Shown one piece after another: positions 26,890 through 38,917 of a stretch of 64,000 nt of DNA. Made by a program: the position numbers and the translations under genes. Position 1 is the stretch's first letter; every line of letters starts with the position of its first letter. This DNA is from Mustelus asterias (lineage: Eukaryota): the NCBI RefSeq assembly GCF_964213995.1, contig NW_027592019.1, forward strand, positions 1 through 64,000, in the 5' to 3' direction. The notes beneath the pieces were generated by a model that saw only the letters and a list, made by a program, of their open reading frames with translations, made no database searches and had not been told where the DNA came from.

Positions 26890-27103
26890 TCCCACGCTGT
26901 TTCCCCGCCCCCCGCTGTTTTCCCTCCCCCGCTCTTCCCCCCCCCCCCCACTGTTTCCACCCCCCCCCCCCCCGCGCTGTCCCCACCCCCCCTCGCTGTT
27001 TCCGCCCCCCCCCCCCCCCGCTGTCCCCCCCCTCGCTGTTTCCGCCCCCCCCGGCTATTTCCCCCTCCCCCCCGCTGTCCCCTCCCCCCCGCCCTCCCGC
27101 TGT
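26890..27103. repeat. C-rich low-complexity minisatellite (Cn-gctgt), G-quadruplex-prone on the - strand
   Basis: About ten runs of poly-C separated by gctgt/gctgtt. Confidence 0.9.
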
Positions 27104-28566
27104 TACGAAGTTTAATCTTGATGGCATCTGATGGCTGCAGATGGTACAACCTGCAGCACAAGTATTTGAAATATAACCCAAGATTATCAAAGTGTGCTGG
27201 AGTTTCAATGTTCATTTGTTGATCGTCCTCTTCTTACTCACAATGCTGACGCTATTATTTCATGTTTCCGATTAGTTAAGCTATTCATACACTCGCTGAA
27301 CAGGAGAATTTGATGGATTCGGAATCAGACTTTGTTGCAATGTTTCCTCTTTGATTCTGTTTAATTTGTCTGTAGTATTGCGAAATTTCTTCATGAAAAT
27401 TGTTTCATTTCCTCAGTGATATGATTTGGTGTTTTTTTCTGCTGAGCAGATTGTGCTTCTGGTGACTTTTAAGTAGGATTTGTGAGACGGTTTGGCGCTT
27501 CTGCATTGCTTCTGCATTGTTTAAACTCGGTGCCATTGAACAGGTCCACGTATTGTGCTTGAATTCAGTCTACCCGCTTAAAACTACTTGGGCATGATTG
27601 TCGGCAGAAGCCAGACAGTCTGCCAGTGCAGCTAAATATATATAAATATATGATAATTGCAGAATAAACTAATTCACGGTTTACGACGCTAGTTCAGACC
27701 ATAGTTCGCTCTTGCAGCCACAGTTTGGCGTTTCTGAAATGCTGAACCGCGATGGCCGCAGGTTTTACCATCTGCTGTTTTTTTTAAATATATTTGAAAT
27801 ACCTTTGAAATATAACCTAGTATGAATGAAATCCAGCGAAGGTTCAATATTAATTTCTTGGACACATTCCACCTACTCCCAATGTTATTGCCATTATTCG
27901 AGGCTCATATTTGCTTCAATAGTTCATACTCGGCTTGTGGGTTTTCTGGATTCGATATTAGAAATGTCCTGCAATGCTATATTTGAATCCGTTCGATGTA
28001 GAGTTGACCTGCTTCTCCATGAAACTGGATTCAGTCCTTCAGTGATGTGTTTTGGTGTTTTTTTTCTGCCGAGGAGATGGTGTGTCTGGGTGACTTTGAA
28101 GAAGTAGCATTTCTGAAAAAGTTGGTCATTTCTACATTGTTTTGACTCAGTGACACTGACAGCGTACACGTTTTCTGGTTGAATGGAAATAGTCTATGCA
28201 TTTGAGACACTTTGAAGCACGATTGAAGGTCGAAAACAGGCAGGTTTCGGAAATTAAGAAATAATAAAAATTTACGGGACGTTAAAAAAAGACATTCAAG
28301 TGATAATTAGAGATTAAACGAAATTATGATTTAATTCAGAACATAATTGGTTGCTGCAATCACAAACTAATTATTTATCAAGTTGCAAATTGGATAGTTA
28401 AAATTGATATAATTTTAATAATTATAACAGCAAATATCACTCGAAATTAGTCAAATATTATTTTATATTAATTTTATTAATCATCAATCGTTTTTCACAA
28501 TTATGGACTGTTGTGCACTTAACGTAACCGCAAAGTATCTGGAATGGAAATGCTTTCTGATTAATT

Positions 28567-28690
28567 GTGTTAGGTGGATTGGCCATGCTAAATTGCCCCT
28601 TAGTGTCAGGGGAACCAGCTGGGGTTGATGTCGGTGCAGTTTCGATGGGCCGAATGGCCTCCTTCTGCACTGTAGGATTCTATGATTCTT
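28567..28690 (+). mobile_element. HE1-like SINE 3' fragment
   Basis: ttaggtggattggccatgctaaattgcccctt...gatgggccgaatggcctccttctgcactgtagg, ttctatgattct tail. Confidence 0.8.
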
Positions 28691-29419
28691 TGAAACTATT
28701 TTAATAATAGCATGTTGGTTCTACAGTCGTGTTCAGTTTCGAAAGATATTTTGAATTAATTGACTTAAATATACGTTTTGCATTGCTGTTTGACAATTTG
28801 TGGATCCGGTTATTATATTATTTCTGCACAGCCACAACCATAGAATTCCTGCAATGCCATTTGTAGTTGGATAACAAGATAGTCATCATTTCTCTTATTT
28901 TAATCAGTTTTCTGAGAGGTGGAAGTCGCAGACTGTGAAGGAATTGTTCATATGAATTCATTTGAATTGTAGGAAGTTGCCAGCAGCACACGGTTTGTGG
29001 TTGACATGTAAATAATTGAAATTCAAATATTTTAATTAAAAATACCATTGTATTGCACTGAATAATAAAACCCTTCCCCCATAACTGCTGCACACGGGGC
29101 AGAATTATACGTGGAATAATAAAATAGAAGGCGTGATTATACCTGAGCCCCATGCTTAATTCTTATTAAATAAAATCTCGATTTATTTAGTTCATCATGT
29201 CACAGTGTTGCAGAGGAATTGAATATATTGTCCTCGTCCTAATTTGCACTGTTAAATTCGGATATTCTTTATTTAAGCGCAATGTTCGATAACTAAGTTA
29301 CAGGGATGGTCTTAATTATTAAATCGAGGAAGCAATGTTTTTGGTCTTAGGCCGCAGTGCCGTTACCAAATATAAATTCGAGAGTCTCGCTTTAGCACAT
29401 GATGTTACAAGGCATTGAC

Positions 29420-29740
29420 GGGTGGCACGGTGGCACAGTTGTTAGCACAGCTGCCTCACACTACCCAGGCTCGATCTTGGCGTCGGTTCAATGTTTGTGT
29501 GGAAGTTGCACATCTCCCCGTGTCTGTGTGTGTTTCCTCAAGGTGCTTCCGTTTCCTCCCACGGTGCAAAGATGTGCGGTTTAGGTTGATTGGCCATGCT
29601 AAATTGACCCTTCGTGTCAGAGGGAAAAGCAGGGTAAATGTGGTGTTACAGGAATAGGACCTGGGTAGGATTGTTGTCGATGCAGGCTCGATGGGTCGAC
29701 TGGCTTCCTTCTGCATTGGAGGGACCTTATGGTTCTATGA
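29420..29740 (+). mobile_element. HE1-like V-SINE
   Basis: gggtggcacggtggcacagttgttagcacagctgcctcaca head with V domain and tail. Confidence 0.88.
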
Positions 29741-30171
29741 CAGTTAATGCGATGTCAGTTCAGTTGAACATATTTAATATATTGTATTCCGAGAATGGAT
29801 GGAAGTTAAGTTTCATCAATGTTACGTTGAGATTAAAATAGGGAAGTTGAAGTAAAAGTAAAATTCAAATATTGAAATGTGAGTAAATTGAAGGAAAAGT
29901 ACCATGCATTTCTGGATATTCCCATCCAAAGTTCATTTTTAACATTCTTTAAAGTTTAATTAAGCCCCAATTAATTAACAAAGTTCCATGAAGAAATAAG
30001 TTTTAAGTTATTCAAAACTATTTGATTATAGTGCACAAATCAGTCAACAGGAGAACTAACAGATAATTAGCAATCACTTGCAATATAATATTTGTGGTAA
30101 CTAGTTCAACATAAATTACCTTCTGCAACAGAGCTGTACACTGGCGTGCAAAATGTTAAAGATTTTATACA

Positions 30172-31367
30172 ATGGATTTTCAAAAGGCATTTGACAAGGT
30201 GCCGCACCGAAGACTGCTGCATAAGATTAAGGTGCACGGTATTACGGGTAATGTAGTGGCATGGATAGAGGATTGGTTAACGAACAAAAGGCAAAGAGTG
30301 GGCGGAAATGGGTGTTTTTCTGGTTGGCGATCAGTGACTACTGCTGTGCCTCAGGGATCAGTATTGGGAACGCAATTGTTTATGATTTACTTAGATGATT
30401 TGGAGTTGGGGACCAAGTGTAGTGTGTCAAAATTCGGAGATGACACTAAGATGAGTGACAGATCAATGTGTGCAGAGGACGCTGAGAGTCTGCGAAGGGA
30501 TACCGATAATCTAAGTGAGCGGGCGAGGGTCGGCAGATGGAGTACAATGCTGGTAAATGTGAGGCCATCCATTTTGGTAGGAATAATAGCAAAATGGACT
30601 ATGATTTAAATGGTAAAAAATTGCAGCATGCGGCTATGCAAAGGGTGTCCTTGTGCATGAATCACAAAAAATTGGTTTGCAGGTGCAGCAGGTAATTAAG
30701 ACAGCAAATTGAATTTTGTCCTTCATTGCTCGAGGGGTGGAGTTTAAAAACAGCGAGGTAATGTTGCAGCTGTATCGGGTGCTGGTGAGCCCACACCTGG
30801 AGTACTGTGTACAGTTTTGGTCTCCTTACTTGAGAAAGGGTGTACTGGCACTGGAGGGGGTGCAGAGGAGATTCACGAGGTTGATTTCAGAGTTGGGAGG
30901 GTTGGCGTATGAGGAGAGATTGAGGAGACTGGGGCTATACTCATTGGAATTCAGAAGAATGAGGGGAGATCTTATAGAAACATATAAGCTTATGAAGGGA
31001 TTAGATAAGATAGAAGCAGAGAAGTTGTTTCCACTGGCGTGTGACACTAAAACTAGGGGGCATGGCCTCAAAATAAGGAGGAGCAGATTAAGGACTGAGT
31101 TGAGGAGGAACTTCTTCACAGAAAGAGTTGTGAATCTGTGGAATTCCCTGCCCAGTGAAGCAGTTGAGAATATCTCATTGAATGTTTTTTAAGGCAAGGA
31201 TAGATATATTTTTGAACAGTAAGGGAATTAAGGGTGATGGTGAGCGGGCGGTTAAGTGGAGCTGAGTCCACGAAAAGGTCAGCCATGATCTTATTTAATG
31301 GCGGAGCGGGCTCGAGGGGCCAGACGGCCTTCTCCTGCTCGTAGTTCTTATATTCTTACGTTCTTAC
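30172..31367 (+). mobile_element. 5'-truncated CR1 LINE with frameshifts
   Basis: DFQKAFDKVPH, AVPQGSVLG, KFGDDTK and LEYCVQFW motifs; (ttctta..)n tail. Confidence 0.93.
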
Positions 31368-32211
31368 TTGTATCTAAAATGAATTCAGAAAACAATGCAT
31401 TTCCTTACTGTGCTCAGCTCGATACGGTGTTATGCTCGGATTATTTTGTTGCCTGTATTTCACTAGGAAATTAGATCAATCAGGTCATTGGTTTTCAATG
31501 TCAATGATTCCTAATTTGTTTCTTTTTACCATGTGGCTGAATCTCTATTGCAGACAGTAAACTACACAGAATATGTTGTAATTCACCTGATCATATTCAG
31601 AGAAATTACACTTTTCCCCAGTTTTCGAGCTTTGAGACCGAAAGTAAGAGATGGTTCGAAGTCGAAGAGAGTTTTGAAACGCATTTCAGTCTAATTTAAA
31701 AGACGCGATTGATATTCTGTTGTAAGTTAAACATTGATCAATCAGAATCAAACAGTTTGAATGAAATTAACAGATTGAACTGATCTATTTGCTGGGAACT
31801 CGGTTGTTGCAGCCATGCCTTCTGTTTCTGTGCGTGTGGTCACTGTGCTGGGGCCGGGAATCTTCCTGACTGGTTGTAACTCTTTTGGGTCGCTCTCATG
31901 TATTTCAGGGAGTGAAATTTAACTGACGTTTTTGACGTATCTGTGAGGAACGTGAAAGTTTTGCTCATTTTCAGTTGGGCTCCTCAGCCAGATTATGACC
32001 ATCAGAAAGAACAATACACAACCGCCAAACTTGGTTACTTTTTAACCAGTCATTTCTCGGTTTTGAATGTTCGATGAAGCAATGCAATGAGAGGTTTACT
32101 CCAATCTAATCCTTGCTGTAGCATTCAATTGCCTCGTTAATTGTGTAGGGTACAGGGCGAAATTCGTTTGCATTATATTTTTTAATCTCGTCATGGAATT
32201 TACAGTCATTG

Positions 32212-32645
32212 GCTATGCCAATGTTTGTTTTCTGTGCTTAATTATTCCATGATGTACTGTTGATGTGAAAAGTCCTTGTATAGCTGCAAACCATGTGGTG
32301 TAGATATACTCACTGGCGCTATTAGGGAGGGAGTTCCCGGCTGTTGGCCCAGAGACAATGAAAAAAAGCCAATGTATGACCAAATACATTGGATGGTGAG
32401 TGGCTTGGAGGGGAGCTTGAAAGTGGTTGTGTTCCAAGGCATCTGCTGCCTTTTTCCTTCCAGGTGATGGAGGTTTCGGGATTGGAAGGTGCTGCCGAAG
32501 GAGTACTGCTGAATTGCTGCAGTGCATCTTGTATGTGGTACGCACTGCTGTGCGTCGGTGGTGGAGGAAGTAGATGTTTAAAGTGGTGGATGGGATGCCA
32601 ATATTGCGGTTTGCTTTGTCCTGAAAATTGCCGAATTTCTTGAGT
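32212..32645 (-). mobile_element. 3' fragment of the second LINE family
   Basis: Reads YKMHCSNSAVLLRQHLP...PLQATHHP. Confidence 0.8.
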
Positions 32646-33957
32646 TTTACTTATTGAGACTTGTAGACTTGTAGATGAAAAGACTTCGAGCGATCTGAGT
32701 TCAATTATTTGTCACAGAATTCCCAGACTCTGAATTGCTTATAGCTACTGCATGTATACCTAAACTGGACTGAATCCTCTCCTGGGAATATGTAATGGGA
32801 CAATGCAGAGGGAGATTTATTTTATATCGGAGCAGTACTGTTACTGACCTGGACTTTTTCAGTGCAGTGGAGAGATGGGTTACTGTTGAATTCCACCCCT
32901 GCATGTGGAGACAGAAGCTTTTCCGGTGAGGAATGTGAGTTTCATTGTACATCGTAACTTGTCCTTTGTCACACCTGAGAGACTTTGCCCCGCAAAGTCA
33001 ACTGAATCAGCAACGAATATATGAAAACGTATCGAGATATCAACGTATGAAAAAAAACTTCCATTAATCGGATCAAATGATGCAAGTTAATTTATTACAA
33101 GAATCTTTCTGAACAGCGCAGATATTAATTTGAATAAATTAATTATGTTGAAGCATTTTGTGCATCAGAAAACCATTGAATGTGAGTGACCTGAACTTGA
33201 GCACAATTCAGAACGAGGAGGCTTAAATTTATTTTGATAAATTAAATGAACAAATAAGTATTTAATTCTGTTAAAACGCTCCCTTACTCACAAACACAAT
33301 CACAAACACTCTCGCACACACTCACAATGTTGCTCACACACTGTCTCTGGCGCACAAATTATTTTTCTCACACACTTCACCTTTCACATATATACTCTCC
33401 CTCACACGCATACTTTCATACATGCTGTCACATGTTCTCTCTCTCTCACACACACAAACCCTCTGACATACACCATTCATACTTTTTTATACCGAAGGTG
33501 TTTTTGAAGCAAAGTCACTATTCTTTGTTTTGGGAAGTGAGGGGGAGTGACGTGGCGTGAGGAAGGGGCATCAGTCAGTTTGAACACAGACAATTTCCAA
33601 ACTTCCAATGATCTAAGTGAAGTGACAACTTCTTCATCACAAATGGCTGTTGGTTGAGAAATAAATAGTAGCGGAAATAATGGGGAAAATCTCTTCTCTT
33701 CAACTATAATCCAAAGCAATGTCAGTTGACATCAGAATGCAATTTTTGTAATGTTGTAGAGAAGGAGAAAAATGTGTGAATTTCAAAACAGGCGCTGGTT
33801 CGTAAATGATGGAATTTATAGAATATCAAATGTGGATGCAAGTTTTAACTGGAAAATATAAGGATAAATTTTATAACTGTATCCACATTATGAGTTGTGT
33901 GATATCTTGATCACAAATAACAGAGTCTAACTTGTTCAATCGGCCATTCTTTCCCAG

Positions 33958-34172
33958 CGGCACCGTCTCCGTCCACTCTCTACATATTGGTGTCCTCCTG
34001 TCGGCAACACAACGCCGACGGCTCCGTCACCTACGGCTGTTCGGCGATGGACTACTCCCCAGACGTCACCACACTGATCTGGAAGAAAGATGGGCAGCCG
34101 ATCACCACTGGATTTAAGACTTACCCGTCAGTGAGAAACACGAAGGGAACCTCCACCCTGAGCAGTTAACCA
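33958..34172 (+). pseudogene. IGHM: IgM CH1 exon, 5' part
   Basis: ttcccag acceptor; [69 protein letters not shown], then a frameshift/stop and the LINE insertion. Confidence 0.93.
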
Positions 34173-35121
34173 AAGAACAAAGAACAAAGAACAATACAGT
34201 ACAGGAACAGGCCCTTCGGCCCTCCAAGCCCGCGCCGCTCCCTGGTCCAAACTAGACCATTCTTTGGTATCCCTCCATTCCCACTCCGTTCATGTGGCTA
34301 TCTCGATACGTCTTAAACGTTCCCAGTGTGCCCGCCTCCACCACCGTGCCTGGCAGAGCATTCGAGGCCCCCACCACCCTCTGTGTAAAATATGTCCTTC
34401 TGATATCCGTGTTAAACCTCCCCCCCCACCCCCCTCACTTTGAACCTATGACCCCTCGTGAACGTCACCACCGACCTGGGAAAGAGCTTCCCACCGTTCA
34501 CCCTATCTATGCCTTTCATAATTTTATACACCTCTATTAGGTCTTCCCTCATCCTCCGTCTTTCCAGTGAGAACAACCCCAGTTTACCCAATCTCTCCTC
34601 ATAACTAAGCCCCTCCATACCAGGCAACATCCTGGTAAACCTCCTCTGTACTCTCTCCAAAGCCTCCACGTCCTTCTGGTAGTGTGGCGACCAGAACTGG
34701 GCGCAGTATTCCAAATGCGGCCGAACCAACGTTCTATACATATGCAACATCAGACCCCAACTTTTATACTCTATGCCCCGTCCTAGAAAGGCAAGCATGC
34801 CATATGCCTTCTTCACCACCTTCTCCACCTGTGACGTCACCTTCAAGGATCTGTGGACTTGCACACCCAGGTCCTTCTGCATGTCTAAACCCTTTATGGT
34901 TCTGTCATTTATCGTATAGCTCCCCCTACGTTAGCTCTACCAAAATGCATCACTTCGCATTCATCTGCCATTTCTTTGCCCAAATTTCCACCCTATCTAT
35001 ATCCATCTGTAGCCTCTGTCAATGTTCCTCACTATCTGCAAGTCCAGCCAATTTCGTGTCGTCTGCAAACTTACTGATCACCCCAGTTACACCTTCTTCC
35101 AGATCGTTTATATAAATCACA
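34173..35121 (-). mobile_element. 5'-truncated CR1 LINE inserted inside the CH1 exon
   Basis: (caaagaa)n tail at 34171-34193, ORF 34412-34882 with LVRPHLEYCAQFW, flanked by aacca at 34168-34172 and 35122-35126. Confidence 0.93.
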
Positions 35122-35207
35122 AACCATCACCGAGTCAGAGGGAGAATGCAGCAGAATCAACTGTGAGGTTCGACACTTCGGCTTAGTGAAGAGCATTGGA
35201 ATGCAAT
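35122..35207 (+). pseudogene. IGHM: IgM CH1 exon, 3' part
   Basis: TITESEGECSRINCEVRHFGLVKSIGMQ then t|gtaagt donor; supplies the second domain Cys (CEVRH). Confidence 0.9.
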
Positions 35208-35364
35208 GTAAGTATTGTGGAACCTGTGAGAAACAGAACAGCTAAACCTAAATTATAAGTTGTTTGATAGGGTCTTGGTTATAACAAATTTGTGGGACTC
35301 TGCAAAGTTATGTTCCTGCAAATTCGAGGTTATTGTCTACTGACATCAAAGTGCATTTGAACAG

Positions 35365-36400
35365 CAGAATCATCGACAATTTACAGTGTAGATAGAGGCC
35401 GTTCAGCCCATAGTGTTTTCACCAGCCAAAAAGTAAACTCTCCGTGCATTCCAATCCCATTTTCCAGCACCAGGTCATTGGCCTTGCCGGTTATAACACT
35501 TTACATATTGATACAAGAACCTTTTAATAATTTGCATATTTCAGCCTCATTCACCAACCTAGAAAGTGAATTCCAGATGTCCACTATCATCTGGGTGAAA
35601 ATGTGTTTCCTCATGTCCCCTCAAATCCTTCTACCAATCGTTGGAAATCTAACCCCCTACCCCACCCCCAGTAATTGAGCCCTCCACTCGAGGAATGAAT
35701 TATTTCCTGTTCACTCTGTGTAGGTCCCTCATAATTTTGTACACCTCAATTAGGTCATCCATCAGTATCCACTGTTAGAATGAAGATTACCCTCGCCTCT
35801 CCGAACTTTCATCAGATCTGCAATTTTCAAGCCCAAGTAACATTCTTGTAAATCTATCCTGAATTTCTCCATAATAATTATGACCTTCCTGCGATATGAT
35901 CCCCAGAACTGCGCACAAGCCAAAACTGTGGCTTAAACAGCATTTTAAACAGTTCTATCAAAATACCCGTGATTTTGTCATCAATAACTTGCCCAGTGAA
36001 TGAAAGCATTCAATATGATTCGTTTGACCATGTTGTCCTCCTGTGCTACATTGAAACATAGAAATAAAGAATTTTTGAGCAGGTGTAAGGTCCTTTGAGC
36101 CAGCTCTGCCATTCAATGCGATCATCACTGAACATCCAACTCAATAGCCTGATCCTCCCCGTTCCTCTCATGTCCTTTGACCAGTGGACATGCACGCAAA
36201 GTCTCACACTTGCTCAATCCCTCTCTATCTTTCTGTTTATTGAACACTCCTCTGCTTTGCTATCCCTCTCAAAAAATATCAACTCGGATTTTTCCAGATT
36301 AAATTCCATTTGTCACCTTTTTTTTGCACTCAAACAAACCATTGATATCATTCTGTTGTCCATAACTAGCCTGTTAAGGATACAAGAACTCGAACTGTTG
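35365..36400 (-). mobile_element. Old degenerate CR1 fragments in the CH1-CH2 intron
   Basis: Antisense CR1 signatures such as ccctcataattttgtacacctcaattaggtc, ccagaactgcgcaca and attaaattccatttg. Confidence 0.7.
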
Positions 36401-36447
36401 CTATTAATTTACTAATGAAAAGAACGCTGAACATGCATTTCTTGAAG

Positions 36448-36753
36448 GGAAAATCCCGCCAATCGTTATCCTCACTGTGAGTCCCAGTGAAGAAATCACA
36501 AGCAGGAAATTTGCAACCATCCTCAGTTCAATCATCGATTTCTAGCCAAAGTCAATGACGGTGAAGTGGCTGAAGAATGGACAGCCCATGGATTCAGGAA
36601 TTGTCATCTCTCCCGCCTGGGAAGTGAACAGGAACTTCTCAGCGAGCAGTCGGCTGACAGTCTCCGCTGGGGAATGGTTCAGCAACGCGGTCTATACCTG
36701 CCAGGTCACTCATCAAGGGCTCACCCACATTCAAATAATCATCGGATCTCTGG
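36448..36753 (+). pseudogene. IGHM: IgM CH2 exon
   Basis: [49 protein letters not shown]...[15 protein letters not shown]. First Cys is replaced by Ser; in-frame TAG at 36543-36545; g|gtatga donor. Confidence 0.92.
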
Positions 36754-37395
36754 GTATGAGACACAAACAATATATCATTTTGCACTCCGATGTTAATCAA
36801 AATCAGGCATTAATTAAAATTATTACCAAGCATAGAAAAATTTGGCTTAACTGCCATATAGTTTGTGTTTCATGTTGAAGTAAAAACCATATTTAGAGTT
36901 GGTCACCATTCAGGGTTTTAAAATAACAACAAGTGATATTTCCCTCTAGTTTGATATCAAAAAGTGGGACAGGTGGACTTGGTATCAGCTTTATCCTCAG
37001 ACAGTTGATAATATTTAGAGAGAGAGAGAGAGACAGTGGGCGTCTGACACTCTTGTACAGGTAATAACTTCAGGGTAAAATGTTGGAAAATGTCTTCATA
37101 TTATATATAAATCATCGGTCAGTACTGCCTTCTTGAGATCAGAAATGGTATATTTGCAATGCAGATTCATTAGAATGATACCGGTGCCGAACTACTTTAA
37201 CAATGAGAATAGTTTTCACAGACCAAGCAGGTTTTCCATTGTGTATCAAAGGTTGCGGTCGCCTTCAGTGGTGGTGGCAGTATCGTTGGTTAATATCTTA
37301 AAGTTGATTTATTTCTGTTTAGAAAGTGAAGGCTGAATACTGCTGTCCTGATGCTGAAGATGGAACTTGTGTTGATTTTCATTATTCATTCACAG

Positions 37396-37683
37396 ATCCT
37401 CCCCAGTGCCTTGAATCCACAGTGACGATACTGCCACCACCACTGAAGGCGACCGCAACCTTAGCCTGGGTCATTTCTAATGCTCCTTCTGGAGTCAACG
37501 TGTCCTGGATCCAAGAGAAGAAGCATTTGAAATCAGAGATTGCCGACCAGTCTGGAGAAGATTCTGAGGTCAGCAACTTAAACATCTCGACACAAGCCTG
37601 GCTGAGTGGGGCTGTGTTTGACTGCGTGGTGAGCCATCAGGATCTGCCGACTCCTTTCAGAAATACCATCCACAAGAAAACAG
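37396..37683 (+). pseudogene. IGHM: IgM CH3 exon
   Basis: cacag acceptor; [42 protein letters not shown]...[29 protein letters not shown]; first Cys replaced by Trp; g|gtgggt donor. Confidence 0.92.
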
Positions 37684-38162
37684 GTGGGTGGAGAGGTTGA
37701 AGTGATTAGTGAGTCATTGTTTCTATTTCGAGTGTAAATGCAAAGGTCAATATTTACTATTCAGTGTATTTCTGATTTATCCTGATTGGCATTTCCACTA
37801 ACCAAGCACTTTGTGCCTGGAGACTTTAAGGGGAGAATGAGAAATAGAAAAATGAAAAATGAATTGACGGCCATGGTGATGGTTTTAGATGGAATAAGGT
37901 GGGAGGAACCGAGTGTGAATCTTGAACACAAACACAGGCCAGCAGGACTGAATGGCCTGTATCGATATTGTTAACTTTATCAATATTTCGAGACCAACCC
38001 GCTAAGTGCTCAGGAAAAATATTTTTGTTCACCTCTGTTCTGAGCTGGGAAACTGGACAGGTCACAAAATGAAAAATGGAAACCTTTAAAATCCAACACA
38101 AAGCACATTTCTCTCATATCTGACCAGCGGTTTCATTGTATCCGGCATTTTCCAGTTTATTG

Positions 38163-38889
38163 TGTTACGATACTGTATCTTTATGAAATAGATTGCGCAG
38201 GATCTCTTGTAGCAGTTTGTTTTTCTATGATCGGAACTGCTCTGTCTGTACGCAGCAGCCTAATTGATCTTAATTGCTGCAATGTCTGTTTTGGTCTGAA
38301 CAAGTGCAGATTCTGTTCTTTTGTGTTTTCCCTTGGGATATTGCAAACTGGGGCTTGATTAGCTTGATGGATAGGTAAGGTCTTATGATTGAGTGAAGCT
38401 AGATTTCACAGAGAACTCAAGGCAGTTTGCTTTTGGGATCTTTAGGTCGAGGTTGCTTCCTCTGCAACTCTTGCTCTGTCTGAAGTGGAGACTGAAATCC
38501 GCCAAGAAATAAGCCTTTTTCTCCGGGATTCTTCTGTTTGGGAGTTGCTGCACGAGAATTAACAGACAGGTGTCTGTCTGGATCACTCTTCAGAAGTGTC
38601 AAAAGGCTGGAAATCTAGTGCCCATTTAAGCATCTGTTAACTAGCTGTTAAGAATTACATGATGCCGTATTTAAGTACTTTAATTGGTAAACTTATGCCA
38701 GTTCTTTTGGTTATTTTTGAACTGTGTTGTTAAATAATGTTTGTTTTGACAAAAGCTTCCTAGTGGGACACTTGAATCATACCTGGATTGAAACACCTTA
38801 TACTCACCCTAATGCCAAATCAGATGTCAAAGTTAGGGTCGAGGCTAACTTCATAAAATACCTTGGAATTTCATATCAGGTCCTTAACA
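38163..38889. mobile_element. Solo LTR (727 bp, probably Gypsy-type) in the CH3-CH4 intron
   Basis: Starts TGTTA and ends TAACA (terminal inverted repeat), flanked by a 4-bp direct repeat ATTG at 38159-38162 and 38890-38893. Confidence 0.8.
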
Positions 38890-38917
38890 ATTGACATTTA
38901 TTATACATTGTCTGCAG

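Noticed and set aside
26890-27103. Class-switch (S) region upstream of C-mu
   Set aside because: It is only ~210 bp, the G-rich strand would be the template strand (opposite to mammalian S regions), it lacks AGCT repeats, and sharks lack canonical S regions.
26860-27222. Pro-rich and Gly-rich ORFs
   Set aside because: They are translations of the poly-C minisatellite, with no coding evidence.
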